NCBI GenBank assembly: GCA_017654855.1
Contig: CM030333.1
Location: 2,790,001 to 2,854,000 of the forward strand
Reading direction: 5' to 3'
DNA from: Podospora anserina
Lineage: Eukaryota
Length of the DNA stretch: 64,000 bases
The notes below the pieces were generated by a model that did no database searches, was not told the origin of the DNA, and worked only from the letters and a program-made list of their open reading frames with translations. This document shows positions 36,300 to 48,975 of this stretch, piece after piece (positions within the stretch are counted from its first letter, which is position 1; each line of letters starts with the position of its first letter). The position numbers were made by a program, and so were the translations under genes.

Positions 36300-37529
36300 C
36301 TATGATGCTTCTTGCAATGGTTCTCCAAGCCCGACTCCTTCTTCACCTGTTGGAGCAGGAGCCTCGGGTGGCGCGGGGGAAGCAAACCAAGGAATCTCTC
36401 CAGGGTGGAACCGCTGCCAATCAATAAACCCCAACCGTGCGGGAGCTCTTCCCAGCCATGCCATACTATCAACCAAATCAGATCTCTTATAAACCCTCGC
36501 TCTGCAATAGGGACACGTGTTCCTCATCCTCAACCAAGTGGTGAGACAGCCCTTGTGGAAGGAATCGTGAGAGCAGATTCTGATCTGTGCTCCCTCCTCG
36601 CCTTCCTCGACGTTCTCCATGCAGATAATGCAAGACACTCCTTCTTCCTCGGGGTTGATCTCTCTGGTGTCCAGGGCGTTGGTGATTGCTTCTGGAATGT
36701 CTGACGGCGGGATGTAATGTCTTCCGGCAAGGTACGCATCCATCTGCATCATGTTTTCCGGTATCTGCTCTTGAGGGATGTCGGTAGGGCTGGGGATCAA
36801 CCCGTCGAGGTGATGGTCGACGTTTTGATAGAGGATGTAGTACAGCATGGCGTGTTGCCAAGTCATGAAATTTTTGTTTCCACCGAGGGCCGTGTAAATG
36901 GTTGGTTGGGTCAGCCCGTACTGATGGGTTGGATCCCTAGTGAATGGTGGAGTCGTTTGGGTATGGAGCGCTTCGATGCGGGGGGAGATGACCGGTGCAT
37001 AGAAAGGCGAGGTGAGAAATCTCTCTGCGCAATCCGGGGTACTTGAGCCGACGTGTTGATCGGCGAACTTTGTCATCAGCATGCCAAGAGTCGGTCCGAC
37101 ACATGATGGTCGGTTGATGACGAAGAGTCGAAGACCCATGAGAGGGCCGGCAGTGACAAGCATGTGAAAGATATCGCCGGCGCGTGTGCGCTTGATGCTG
37201 ATGGCAACTTGTAGCATGGACCTTGTCTCTGGAGGGTACTGATCGAAGCCATCGTAATATTCCTGAATGTGGTTGGGGCCGTCGCTGTCGTCGTCGTTGT
37301 CCTCATTGTCATCGTCGTCGGCGTTGTTGTCATCATTGTCGTCATTGTCATCGTACATGTCACCAGATCGCATCCAGGCTCTATCCGAGTCATCTTGCGT
37401 CGACGCGTTTGATTGACGGTCGAGGGATGGTGGGGGTACTGATATTTCCTGTAGCAAGGCTGCTGCGCGGGCCAGTCGCTGTTGAAGGCGCTGAAAGGCT
37501 GGCCCATATGGTTGTAGTGAAACCGACAT
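36300..37529 (-). CDS. RING-H2 zinc-finger protein (putative E3 ubiquitin ligase), single exon
   Basis: CIICMENV...ICSHDSFHKGCLTTWL..RNTCPYCR; Asp/Asn-rich tract; likely ATG at 37529 (MSVSLQPYG). Confidence 0.85.
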   Translation of the reverse strand: MSVSLQPYGPAFQRLQQRLARAAALLQEISVPPPSLDRQSNASTQDDSDRAWMRSGDMYDDNDDNDDNNADDDDNEDNDDDSDGPNHIQEYYDGFDQYPPETRSMLQVAISIKRTRAGDIFHMLVTAGPLMGLRLFVINRPSCVGPTLGMLMTKFADQHVGSSTPDCAERFLTSPFYAPVISPRIEALHTQTTPPFTRDPTHQYGLTQPTIYTALGGNKNFMTWQHAMLYYILYQNVDHHLDGLIPSPTDIPQEQIPENMMQMDAYLAGRHYIPPSDIPEAITNALDTREINPEEEGVSCIICMENVEEGEEGAQIRICSHDSFHKGCLTTWLRMRNTCPYCRARVYKRSDLVDSMAWLGRAPARLGFIDWQRFHPGEIPWFASPAPPEAPAPTGEEGVGLGEPLQEAS

Positions 37530-38581
37530 GGTCTTGGAATTTGGGCTTTGATAAGTAAGGTACCACGCAAGGAAATGCGGTTGATGTTGTCCAATGTTGT
37601 TTGTGTTGTGGTTGGGCTCGCTTGTAATCTGACTGGATAGATTCAATTGAAGACTCTTAGTGGGGAAAAAAACGGAAGAGGTGAGAAAAGAATAATCCAA
37701 AGGTTGCGTCCGGTTTTATAAGGTATGCGGAAAAGTAAAAAGTGATAACCTTTCGATTAAAATCTTGATTTTGTGCTCAAAACCTTCCAGTACGAGGACA
37801 CCGCAAGGTTTACGCTCAAAGCTCTTACTGTTTGGTGGCGTACAGCAAATTTTTAATTTTTTTAGAGTGTTTAACGTTCAACAGGCGTTTTACCTTGATC
37901 AAGCCACCAATGCACCGAGGTTTAACTCAAGTCGGCGTTTGTTTTGTGGCAGAGCGACGACTTTTCCCAGTGAGCTGCCATTCATAGTGTGGATGGCCAA
38001 CCAAACGGCCGCAGACACTGTATTCTTCAAGGTTCTTTCAACCTTCAACCTTGTATGAGTGCAAACATCCAATCCTACCCTTAACGCAACAAAACTGCTC
38101 CATTTTGGCACTTTAAGCATTCGACAATTTGTCCCTTACGATGTGCTTGCGGGAGACTGCCACATGACCCCGCACATCTGCAACTCTTTATTTACCCCAA
38201 TTCAGGGGCTCAGGGGCTTCATTGTTAGTGGGGTCAAACGTCCTTGGCAACTGGCAACCACGAGAAGGGCCTTTGAGATCTGTAAAAACAGGGGAAAAGG
38301 TGAGATTTGTGCTGGAAAGACGATAAGTACATGATTCTAACTAGATACGCCGATGTTGAATCGACCACGACACCATTTTCAGTATCTATGTACTGGTAGT
38401 AGACATTAGAACAGGTAAACCAAAAATCGGAGTGTAAATGATAAAAAAATGCATGATGAGCAACACAAGAAGAACAAATTGGAATTGTTTGATCATCGAT
38501 GACATGCTCAGTAATGTTGAGATTCTGAGCAGCGACCTGATGCATAAGAGCGAGCAGCAATGCCAGCACAACTGGACACAT

Positions 38582-40302
38582 CTAGACCTGGTTACCGTTT
38601 TCGGTCATGTCTTGGTCAATGCCACGAGCGTTGGATGTCCAGCCAAAGTCGGCGCCATATCCGGGGAAGTGCTGAAGACTATTCCACGGTTCAGAAACGG
38701 GGGGGTAGACACTGTGAGCCGGCTGGGAAGTAAGTCGAGCTGAGCGTCTAACTGGGCTGGCACGGGAGCTCATGATGAAGGAACTACCACCATTTGTGGG
38801 TGGCTCGTCGGGAAAAGCATAGATGCATGCTGAGGTTGGAGGTAGTGAGCCATCCTCCTCGGCCGTTGTGAAGTCCTCGGAGCGCGCAGGAGTGTTGTCA
38901 TCAGCGGCTCTAGGTGCAAGTTTCCGATACCTGTCGTTGGCGAGGCTGATGGCCTGTTGAGTCCCTTGCGCGCCTGTGTTGAGATGCCTGGCCTTTTGTT
39001 TCCCGTCCTTCTTCCGTTTCGGAGCTCCAGTCACATGGGTTACTGTGTTTCGATTTGTAAGGTATGCGGACTGAATGTTTCTTATGGCAGTGTCGGTGCC
39101 TAGGTTAGGGGGTCCGAAGTGGCCGGCAAGCTGATTCATCATATCCGTCACCTCGTTTGACTCGAACACCTGGCAAGGTTCGTAGTCTGAATGAAAGAGA
39201 CATTAGCATGGACAACAAAAAGCAGAACGTAGTACTACCTACCAGAACTGGGAATGTTGGTATCGTCGTTGAAAAGAAAGACCCACAGCCTCGGCCATTC
39301 GTGTATCTTCGTGCGACCTTTTCTGTCCCTGAGTTGGTCTACCACATACTGATTGATACCGTTCTCAAAGCCCTGGCGACGATGACTTGGTAGTTCAGAT
39401 GGAGCCAGAACGTGCTCCTTCTTGATATGTTCCCTGCACAATCCTGTCAGTGAAAACTTGCAACAAAAACAGAAAAGCGTAACGTACTTGACATCGGTGA
39501 GATCGCGGAAGCTCTTTGTGCATTTGGGATACTCGTGGTAGTTGAATTTCCTTTTATCCCATTTACGATAAGGACAAGCCATCGGACGGTTTGATGGCGG
39601 CGTTTCTTTCCCGTCGCTGCGACGCCGATCGTCGCCGTCACCTTCTTCGTCCTCTTCTTGGTCATCATCGGCTGTAGAGTTACGCTTGCGTTTCATTCTC
39701 TTCGTGGCTCGTGTTGTGATGGCCGACTTGGTTATCGAGTTCGAGGGCTGATTATCGTGTTCTGTACGTGAGGAGTCTACGGTGCCACCCGCGTCGCCTA
39801 GCTGATCTGTCGTGAAGCATGCCTTCTCATGAACGGCCAAAGCAATTGAGAGCTCAATATCGGATCGATGGCCTGGCGGGTGTGAAGAGTCAGGGTTGAG
39901 AGTTAACGCGGAAATCTTCGATGACAGGCATGTCAGATAGTTTTGATTGGCGTCCACGGGCTTTGAATCGTGACTCTTGGTCTTTGCATATGATGGCGTT
40001 TCTGGGAGTCGACGAGGAATACTATCCTTCCAGTCCCCGGCCAAAGCGACTGAGAAATCAAGCCGCTTGATGTTGTCGTTCGTGCTAGTATCGGGGCATG
40101 AATGTCGGCAGTTCTGAGTAATGGAAGGCGCGTCATGGCAGCTTGTAGGATTTTGAGAAGGTTCTGGTGATCTTCGATGTGAAGGTGTCTGGTCAACTGG
40201 TAGTGAGACCATATTAGGCCAGGATGGCATCGCCGAAGAGCCAAAAACACGTTCGAGCGGGAATGACTGGCTTAATGTCGAAACTGTGGTAGATGGGCGC
40301 AA
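38582..40302 (-). CDS. Hypothetical protein with fungal C2H2-like zinc motif, at least 3 exons; start uncertain
   Basis: MACPYRKWDKRKFNYHEYPKCTKSFRDLTDVK|intron|EHIKKEH, then W.RLW.FLF; GTACGT and GTAGGT introns join ORFs 39235..40302 and 38582..39169. Confidence 0.7.
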
Positions 40303-41649
40303 ATCTCAGGGCGTAAATATCGGGGCTGATAAGTGGTTTTGGCGTACAAGCAATGGATTGATGGAGGGCAGAGAATGATGTAGAAATAGGAAGAACAAGA
40401 AAGACGTCCGCTCTCTCGAGCTGTCACTACGGGGGATGACTGCCATCCTTCTTGGCCCCCAGCCTCAACACAATGTACGCCGGTTGAGGCTCTGTCCTTT
40501 GCCACTACTCCACAGGCGCCAGTGTCTCTGAGACAATACATTAATACGCATGGTTAAGGATGAGGCTGGTTTCTCGGTGGCTTCCGGGAACTTGATTGGT
40601 TTATTGAACATGAAATGAGGTCTTGACGCATCGCGGAGGGCCGATGTAATCTCTTCGCTGTAAGGCGGCCGACAGAGCGGCTTGGCTTCCCGTCAAGGTG
40701 TGCACGCAGATACCAACATCCTCAAGCCCAGGTGTTAGATTCACCGACATTCTCAGCGTGAATGTCAGCTCTGTTGACCTTGGTGCAGCATGAGTCGTCA
40801 TTGACTGGTGTGATCTGGAGCAGTGGATATCAAGGCCAGCGACGTGTCTGTTCCTGGGTAGTATGCTGTGCAGCTGCCACCGGCACCTGCAGGAATCCCG
40901 GTCAACTGCGCCTAGTTTGATAGCAGAAGCCGGACCAAGACCGCTAGCCACCCGATTTCCTACCGGCTTGGTATCGGAGTGCATCAGGAGCTTGAAGTAG
41001 CATGCTGTGTCACGACGAATATAATGACAAGCGAGATGAATATGCATATCTGACAGCTCGCTGCAGAGAAAACAGTGCACAGAACACGGGTGCGAAGGCT
41101 ATTCGCTCGAGTCTTCTGGCTGGTTGTTAGGGAGGTTATGACAACGCTTATCCGGAGGTGGTTGGTTTGGCATTGGAAGAACCTGGAGTGGTGCGAGTTA
41201 CGGTAGTCCAAGCCTCATCCGCTAGCTCACTGACCCTACGCCCTACGCGTTAAGAAGCGTAGTTCTTTGAACATGTTGCAAAACGGTAGATGGCGTGCAG
41301 GAACCGCACGTGTAAATTATTGTTAATTTTTCTCGATCTGGCTTGGGTGGTGTTTCGCAGGCTGGTCATGCAGATCTGGATTCCCAAGTATCGATAAAAT
41401 TGTGGAGCTTGGGTCCGTGCATACTCGGTACCTGCCAGCACCATCACGTACCACCTGCAGGCTTCCAACTGCCAAAAATTCGTGCTCGGACCACATCAAC
41501 CACCCACCGAGAGCAGCCCCACCTTGCCTAGCGCGCCTTCACCGCGGCCGCTTTTGCTCACCACAGCGACCCAGAGCCACCGCAAGCTGCAACCGCAAGA
41601 CTTCCAACGGCGGCAGATCACCACATTCAAACATCACCGCGTCGCAAAC

Positions 41650-43108
41650 ATGGCTGCAAACGATTCCAATCCAAAATTGCTCTGGAATCCAGAAAATGTC
41701 AGAGACGTGGCCGATTCAATAGGAATTTCCCTTGGTGACGAACCGCTGCGAGTGCTGGCCCAGGATGTCGAATACCGGATCGGCCAGGTCATCATCGAGT
41801 CGCTTCGCTTCATGAGGGCCTCCAATCGCACCACCCTGACTGTCCAAGATGTCTCCAATGCCATGCGCGTACTACAAGTCGAACCATTGTACGGTTATGA
41901 ATCAACCCGACCCTTGCGCTATGGAGAGGCGAGCCTGGGACCCGGCCAGCCGCTGTTCTACATCGAAGACGAGGAGGTGGATTTCGAGAAGCTGATTAAC
42001 GCGCCGCTACCGAAGGTCCCTCGGGATACAAGTTTCACCTGTTAGTATCGTATGCGACTTGTGTGATTCACAAGAAAACTGACCTTTGTTTGCTTTAGCA
42101 CACTGGCTTGCCCTCGAAGGCGTCCAACCCTCAATCCCCCAGAACCCAACCACCGCCGAAACATCCTCAAAGGACCTCCTACCAAAGGGCCCAGGCGCCA
42201 ACCCGGCCCTGGCTGCCCTCGCCGGCAATGACAATGTCTCCTTCCGACCAGCCGTTAAGCACGTCATCAGCAAAGAGCTTATCCTCTACTTCGACAAGAT
42301 CCAATCCGCCATCCTCGACGATGACCCTGATGAAGAAAAGACCCGATTGCGCATGGCCGCCCTGGAGTCCGTCCGCTCCGACCCAGGCCTCCACCAGCTC
42401 CTCCCCTACTTTGTCAACTTCATTGCGAATCAAGTCACGCTCCGCCTCGATGATCTCTTTGTCCTGCGCCAAATGATGGAACTCACCGAAGCCATCATCC
42501 AAAACCCCAACTTCTTCCTCGACCCTTACGCCAGCTCCCTCGCCGCCCCGATCCTCACCTGCCTCATGTCCAACAAACTAGGCGGTATCGAAGACGGAAC
42601 CGACACAGTCAAAGATCAGTACAGCCTCCGCGAGTTAGCAGCCAGTCTCCTTGGTGTTCTTGCAACCAAGTATAACAAGAGCAACCGCCAACTCCGCCCC
42701 AAGCTCACCAGGACATGCCTCAAGTACTTTATGGAACCCAACCGTCCCCCGGCCGTGCTGTTCGGCGCCATAAGTGGGGTCGCTGCCGCCGGAGGGCCGG
42801 AAGCAGTCCGGATCCTTATGCTCCCCAACGTCAAGAGCTTCGACCAGGCCGTCCTCCAACCCCTCCACGACAAGGGTGAGGCGCATAAACTCGAGTACGA
42901 GATGTTGGTAGGCGGTATCATGAAGGCGATCAAGGGTGCTGTCGGGGGTGACGTCAAGCCTAATGCCAATGGCGTCAACGGCGTGGATCTCGAGCGGGAA
43001 GCGCAGCAGATTGTCGATTTCCTGGGGGAGACCATCGGGAGAAGGGTGCTCGCGCTGGCGGACCACACGCTCAACAAGGCGATCTTGGAGGTACGGCACT
43101 TGGAGTAG
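41650..43108 (+). CDS. TAF6: TFIID/SAGA subunit TAF6, 2 exons
   Basis: Histone fold LAQDVEYRI...[53 protein letters not shown]. Confidence 0.96.
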
Positions 43109-43678
43109 GAGGGGTTGTTTGGTTGGCTTTGACTCCATCATGATCATCATAATCATCATCACATTCGGGAAGGGGTTCTTCTCTGGCTTGGACAGCGCGG
43201 CGTTTGGTGTTTATGGAGATTTCGGCAAAAAGGAGAAAGGTTGCTAAACCGTTGATATTTGATTCTGCGGGTTTGTTTTTGGGGTGGTCAAAAAGAGCCG
43301 ATTCACAACGAATCTTTATATCCATGAAGAAGGGGCCAACATTGAATCATCTTCAAGCCCTGGTTTCTGCAAAAATAACGATCAATGCAAGTATAAATAA
43401 TCTTTGCATAATAAACAAACAGCGACAAAAAACATGCTCTGTTGTGGCTATACAAATGGTGTCCTGGCTTCGGCCGTCTATAACCTTTCCCCCTCTCCTT
43501 GCCAGTGTTACACATTCTGCAATTTGACTCCCCCGCTCTGCCTTCTCCTACTCACACACTCACCCCCTATCCTACCCTTGGTATTTTCCTGGTCTCTTCC
43601 CCCACCTCACTGCCCCCCCAGTTTTCATGATTTGACCTCCCTTCCAAATAGAACTTTTGCCCGCTATTCACACACATT

Positions 43679-44457
43679 TTAAAGGAAGAAAGCCAAGTAC
43701 AGCCCGCTGACCAACGAAGCGCCCCAGATGTACCACCCCCCCTTGACAATCTGCTGCCTCTTCATGAACATGCCCAGGTCGAGGGCGAGGTGGCGGACGC
43801 CGTTGAAGGCGTGGAAGGCAAAAGGCCAGGCGACGAGGAACTTGACGCCGGACTTGACGGCAAAGGGGAGGGCACCGAACGCGGAGACGAGGGAGGCGGA
43901 CTCGAGGTGCCAGCCGAGGAGGGGAGCGGCGAGGTAGGCGGCGCCGAAGACGTAGAGGCCGCCCGAGAGGCCGGAGCCGGTGAAGCGCTGCCAGATGGAG
44001 CCGCCGAAGAAGGTCTGCTGCTTGTCGTAGATATCGAGGTGGGGGGAGACGGGGCGGTTGAGGCGTTGGGCGTCTAGGATGGAGCGGGCTTCGGTGGCGG
44101 AGATTTTCTGGGTGGTGGCTTGTCTGGATTCCGGGGGGGTTAGGTTGGTTGGTTCGTATCATCGTGGGTTGGAGGGGGAGGGGAAGTACCTCGTTTGCAT
44201 TTGGGACATGGCAGCCTTGGCAAAGGTGGATGTGAAGACGGCATTGGGGTTGGCGGCGACTGTGAAGGTTGCGGAGAGATGATGTTAGCGATCGGTTTGG
44301 TGGTGACGACGTCCTTTCATGTCCATGCGATATCTTCTCCTCCCAAGTTCCCGGTTGTCCGTGTATATCGATCCAAAAAAGAAAACGCTCTGTCCAGCAG
44401 GATAGTGGGCTGCGTACCTCTGCGGAGAGCCGTCGTGCCTGTCCGTTGGGCAATCAT
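43679..44457 (-). CDS. SDH3: Succinate dehydrogenase cytochrome b560 subunit (SdhC), 3 exons; not in ORF track
   Basis: Spliced translation MIAQRTGTTALRR|VAANP...MQTR|QATTQ...QRLNRPVSPHLDIY...SIWQRFTG...PFAFHAFNGVRHL.LD...YLAFFL*; presequence-like N-terminus; GTACGC and GTACTT introns with CTAAC branches. Confidence 0.93.
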
Positions 44458-45750
44458 TTTGTGTGGTTTGTGTGTGTGAAAGTGAACTGGCGGCAGAAGC
44501 AGGTACCCCAATGTGTTTTGAGCAGAGAGAAGGTCAATGATGCTGTCGCGAAGTTGGCAATTGAGAAGCAGTCGGGAATCCGACGCCTCGAACCCGGCAG
44601 GTGTCGGCACCTCGGCTTGATGCGACCAATCACAAAGCAGATGATTCGAATGCGGGATGAGGTGGACCGTGCAGCTCTCTTTTGGCTTTTTTGAAAGGGA
44701 GCACGTGACGCTCCAACGCCCGGCCCCACTTTGCGACATCAAAATGCAAATCTGCGCGCCAAAATTTTACTTGCCTTTTCCTCTTTTTCTTCTTCAGATA
44801 GTATGGGAGCTCAGCCACAGCGTCACTGTTTTGCGAGTCGGTGATGCAATATAGTGGTAACCTCAGACGCTTTGGTGTCTACGGGTGCCCAGAGAAGAAA
44901 GAGATCCGTCGTTAATCTCAGTCTCCAGTTTCCTCAGTCTGGTTGCTGTTTCAAAAAGAGATCTACATGTCATTCTTTTGTTTGTGTGTTTACGTTTGTG
45001 TTCGGCTTGGCGCTTTTGGTCATCGCTTGGCAGTCGCTGTCATGTCGCCAATGTGTGGAGTGGTGGGTACACCATGGTCACCTCAACGCTTGGCTCTAAT
45101 ACTTGACGGGCCGTCTTTGTTCGTTTGATAGAACGTGTTCGCTGCATACTTCCAATTTTATTTGGCACCTGGATGATAATCATCAAGTATGGATGAAGTC
45201 TTGAATGAGCCAAGCTTTTGAGATTGATATCTGCTGAGCATGAACATCGCTTTGGCAGAGACAACCCAGCTTCTGCAAGCCCAACGAGTAGTTTTTGTGG
45301 AGGCTCTCGCATCAAGACCGTCACGACAACATTTGCATTCATCAACATATTGAATTACATTGCTTCAATCAACATGAGCAATGACTACTGATTCATCTCT
45401 TTCACAAATCAGAGGTCAGAGTAAAACGACGGCCTCTGTCCTATTAAAAGTCTGCACATCCATACAGTTGAACCCTCCCATTCCTGATCCTGAGTGTCGA
45501 AGATCGTCAGCGCCTTGGCCTTTGACATGCCCGGCAATCAATCTATTCTGCTGATGCATAGGACCAAGCTAAGCTTAACCCCCTTCTCCTTCTTCTGATT
45601 CTTTGGTCGAACCAAAAGTTAAACGACGTCCTTGGGCACGGGCCAAAGCAAGGGGTATATCTTCCTCCACGCTCAGTAACAAGGCCACCCCATAACCCTG
45701 AATATTGTCAGCGCCCTGATCTTCAGTTTTCACAATGATACGCCCGTCAA

Positions 45751-46365
45751 TTAGTCAGATTCAGCTGATCCAGAGGTCCAGCCTGTCACTGAACTTGACC
45801 TACTTCTCCTTCTTGTGATTCGTTGCTCGACCTCCATCTCAAGAATGAGCGGCTCGAGACCCGATTTGGCGTGCAATAGCTCAAGAGCACCCGGCTGGTC
45901 GATGTATGCGCTTAAAATGATCCGTAGACACGGCTTCTTGACCGGGGGGGTGGGGATATCGATCCTGGTGATAGTTGGGAAGTGATCCAGGTATAGCGTA
46001 TCCAAAGATGGATTGATATATGCCTTTCTGCATCTCTCGCCGGACTCATTGGTGGTATGGTTGACATATCTTGACCAGACATTACACTCATAGTAGTGCC
46101 TCAATGTCTCCTGTCGGGTTTCGCTGTTGATACGCAGGGTTACAGGCAGCTCGGGGTAGTCACGGATTCTGCCAACGCCAGGGCTAGAAATTGTGATGGT
46201 TTTTGGCTCCCATGTGTGGCGGTAAATCATGAACCGAAGTTCGAGTGGAAGTGTATGAAGAGGCGTGAATGTGATCGAAGTTGAAGGGTCCGCTGCCGTA
46301 CTGTCTCCTGCTTCTGGAGAACCATTTGTTGTGTTGCCCGTGGTGTCGTCAGGTGGGGCACTCAT
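45751..46365 (-). CDS. 2EXR-domain protein (3' end uncertain)
   Basis: F..LHTLPLELRFMIYRHT...PVTLRINSETRQETLRHY...YINPSLDTLY signature. Confidence 0.7.
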   Translation of the reverse strand: MSAPPDDTTGNTTNGSPEAGDSTAADPSTSITFTPLHTLPLELRFMIYRHTWEPKTITISSPGVGRIRDYPELPVTLRINSETRQETLRHYYECNVWSRYVNHTTNESGERCRKAYINPSLDTLYLDHFPTITRIDIPTPPVKKPCLRIILSAYIDQPGALELLHAKSGLEPLILEMEVEQRITRRRSRSSSVTGWTSGSAESD

Positions 46366-47156
46366 CTTGGGCGAGGGTACCAGGGGGGAATAGGTGTTGA
46401 TAAGGGCTTGAGAAGACAGGAAGTATTAAAGCGAGAGTGCACCCATGTTGGCAGTGCAGTTTGAGACTAGGTCACATCTGAAGATGACACCGATATGTTT
46501 GAAAGTTTGATTCTCGAGTCACAGCCCGGCTGTTGATGTAGTTGGTAGGTTTGGATATGCTGATAAAAAGCCAAGAAAACGAGATAGCGTGAAGCCTAGT
46601 TTCTCAAAATCGCCGAAAATCGCGAAACAGGAGCACGCCGCAAGAACATCAGAAACGGTTGAGAAACCGATGCTCTGGGTTGAGGTGGATGAGTTGACGT
46701 TGGAAGAAGCTACTGGGGTCGCCGTTGACAATTTTGATTGGTTAGTTCAACGTCGAATCGCGTGCGCACCGACACCCGCCCGATATCCGAGCCCGGCGCT
46801 GGGAATGGTGGAGACCAATGACATGACCGCCATCAGGTCTCACGAGCACGCAATCGACTAAGGATGCATGGCAGACAGATGACTCTGAAGAGGCTTCAGA
46901 TCACGACTTCCGAAGATGGCGATATCTCAGTATTGTAGACCCAATATATTGGGCTATCTGCCTTTCGAACCTGGCGCTTTTCTTCTACCTCTCCCACTCA
47001 GCGCGTTTTTGGCTTTGAAGCGGTTTGTGCACCGGACCCTGCGTTAATCGTTACGTCGACACCGGTTCACCAACCTTGCAGTAGCGCCGCCTCTCTGCAC
47101 AACACATTAGGGTTCCTTCGTCCGAGGAACTCGATTCTCACTCAGAGCCTTCCACC

Positions 47157-48975
47157 ATGGCGGACGCCACAAGTTACAAGAAGCCGCCCGTCGACAACGA
47201 CACGTATTCCGACCATGTCGACAGTGAAGCCGCCAGCGAGGTCTACGATGAGAACGGTTCTCTACTCAGCGGAAAGACGGGGAGCAGCCTTGGATATGGA
47301 GTCCCAGATTCGAGAAAAATTGGTGTCACAGGTGCTGTCTTCTTGATCCTCAACAAGATGATCGGCACCGGCATATTCTCCACACCGTCCAGTATTTTCG
47401 CTTCGACCGGTTCGGTTGGCATCAGTATTCTCTTGTGGGCAGTCGGTGAGTTGAGCGGTTCCTAGTGACTCAGCTCATGTTTGCTAACAAAGCACAGCGG
47501 GACTTCTCACTCTGTCCGGTCTCAGTGTCTACCTCGAATTTGGCCTTGCTATTCCACGCTCTGGAGGCGAGAAGAACTACCTGGAACGTGTATTCCGGAA
47601 ACCGCCATTTCTCATCACAAGCGTCTTTGCTGTCCAGATGATCTTGCTCGGGTTTTCTGCTGGCAACTCTCTTGCATTCGGTCGATATGTGTTGCTAGCA
47701 TGCGGTCACCCTATGCCTGATGGCTTGGTTCCACGGATAATCGCCGTCGCCTGTATGACATTCGTCGTGCTCCTCCACGCAATCAAACCCACATGGGGTC
47801 TGCGACTTACCAACGCACTCGGGGTCTTCAAGGTGCTGGTTTTGTTGCTCATTGTCTTCGCTGGATTTGCGGCATTGGCAGGATACCGCTTGATCCCGGA
47901 CCCTCACAATTTCGACAACTTTTGGGCCATCGAAAAGGGGGATGGGTATGGCGGTGGCGGGGCCTATGCCTATGCTACCGCTCTCCTGCAGGTTGTTTAC
48001 AGCTACAAGGGGTGGGAAAACGCCAATTATGTCATGGGAGAACTCAAGAATCCCCAGAGAACACTGAAAATTGCGGCGCCTCTCGCGGTCATTGGCGTTA
48101 CCGTCCTGTATGTGTTGGCGAATGTGGCTTATTTTGCGGCTATTCCGAAGGCCGAGCTGGCAAAGTCCGAGGTTATTGTTGCTGGCCTCTTCTTCCGCAA
48201 CATGTTTGGAGAGAGCGTCGCCGCCAGGAGCTTGCCGGCTTTCGTCGCCCTAAGCAATATCGGGAATGTTCTCGCCGTCAGCTTCGCCCACTCCCGTGTC
48301 AACCAGGAGTTGGCAAAGGAGGGAATCCTACCATGGAGCAACTTTTGGGCTTCTACCAAGCCCTTCCGGACCCCTGCTGCAGCGGTATGTTCTTTTCCAG
48401 TCTGACTATTCTGACTGATACCACTCGAACTTTACTGACCACCTGTACAGCTGTTTTTGCATTGGATCGTCACCGTTATTGTGCTCGTTGCACCCCCTCC
48501 CGGCCCGGCCTACAACTTCATTGTCAATCTGTACACATACCCAGGAGCATGGATCAACACCATGGTTGCTGGTGGGCTTATTTACCTGCAGTTCAAGAAG
48601 TCCGAGAACTGGTCGTCGCCGTGGCGCACGTGGCTTCCGGTCACCATTGTGTACCTCCTACTCAACATTTTCCTCGCCATCACACCCTTCATCCCACCAA
48701 ACAGCGACTGGAACGCCGATGGCTATCCATACTACGCATTCCCTCTCGTGGGAATTGCCATTTTGCTGCTGGGCGTGGTGTATTGGGCGGTGTGGACCAA
48801 GCTTTTACCAAAGCTTGGTGGCTACAGTATTGTGGCGGAGACGGTTATTGATGAGACGGGCGAAGAAGTGATGAGATATCACAAGGTTCCAACAACAGGT
48901 CCCAGGGAGGCGACGGCGCAACCGCTCCTGTGGGACGGAAATGCCAGTGTCCATAGCGGTTATGGTTCGCTGTGA
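47157..48975 (+). CDS. APC/LAT-family amino acid permease, MUP1-like, 3 exons
   Basis: LILNKMIGTGIFSTPS, YLEFGLAIPRSGGEKNYLER, YSYKGWENANYV.GE.KNP, LY.LANVAYFAA, RVNQELAKEG.LP. Confidence 0.92.

Noticed and set aside
43668..44453. 261-aa Arg/Pro-rich minus-strand ORF
   Set aside because: Off-frame reading of the spliced SDH3 gene.
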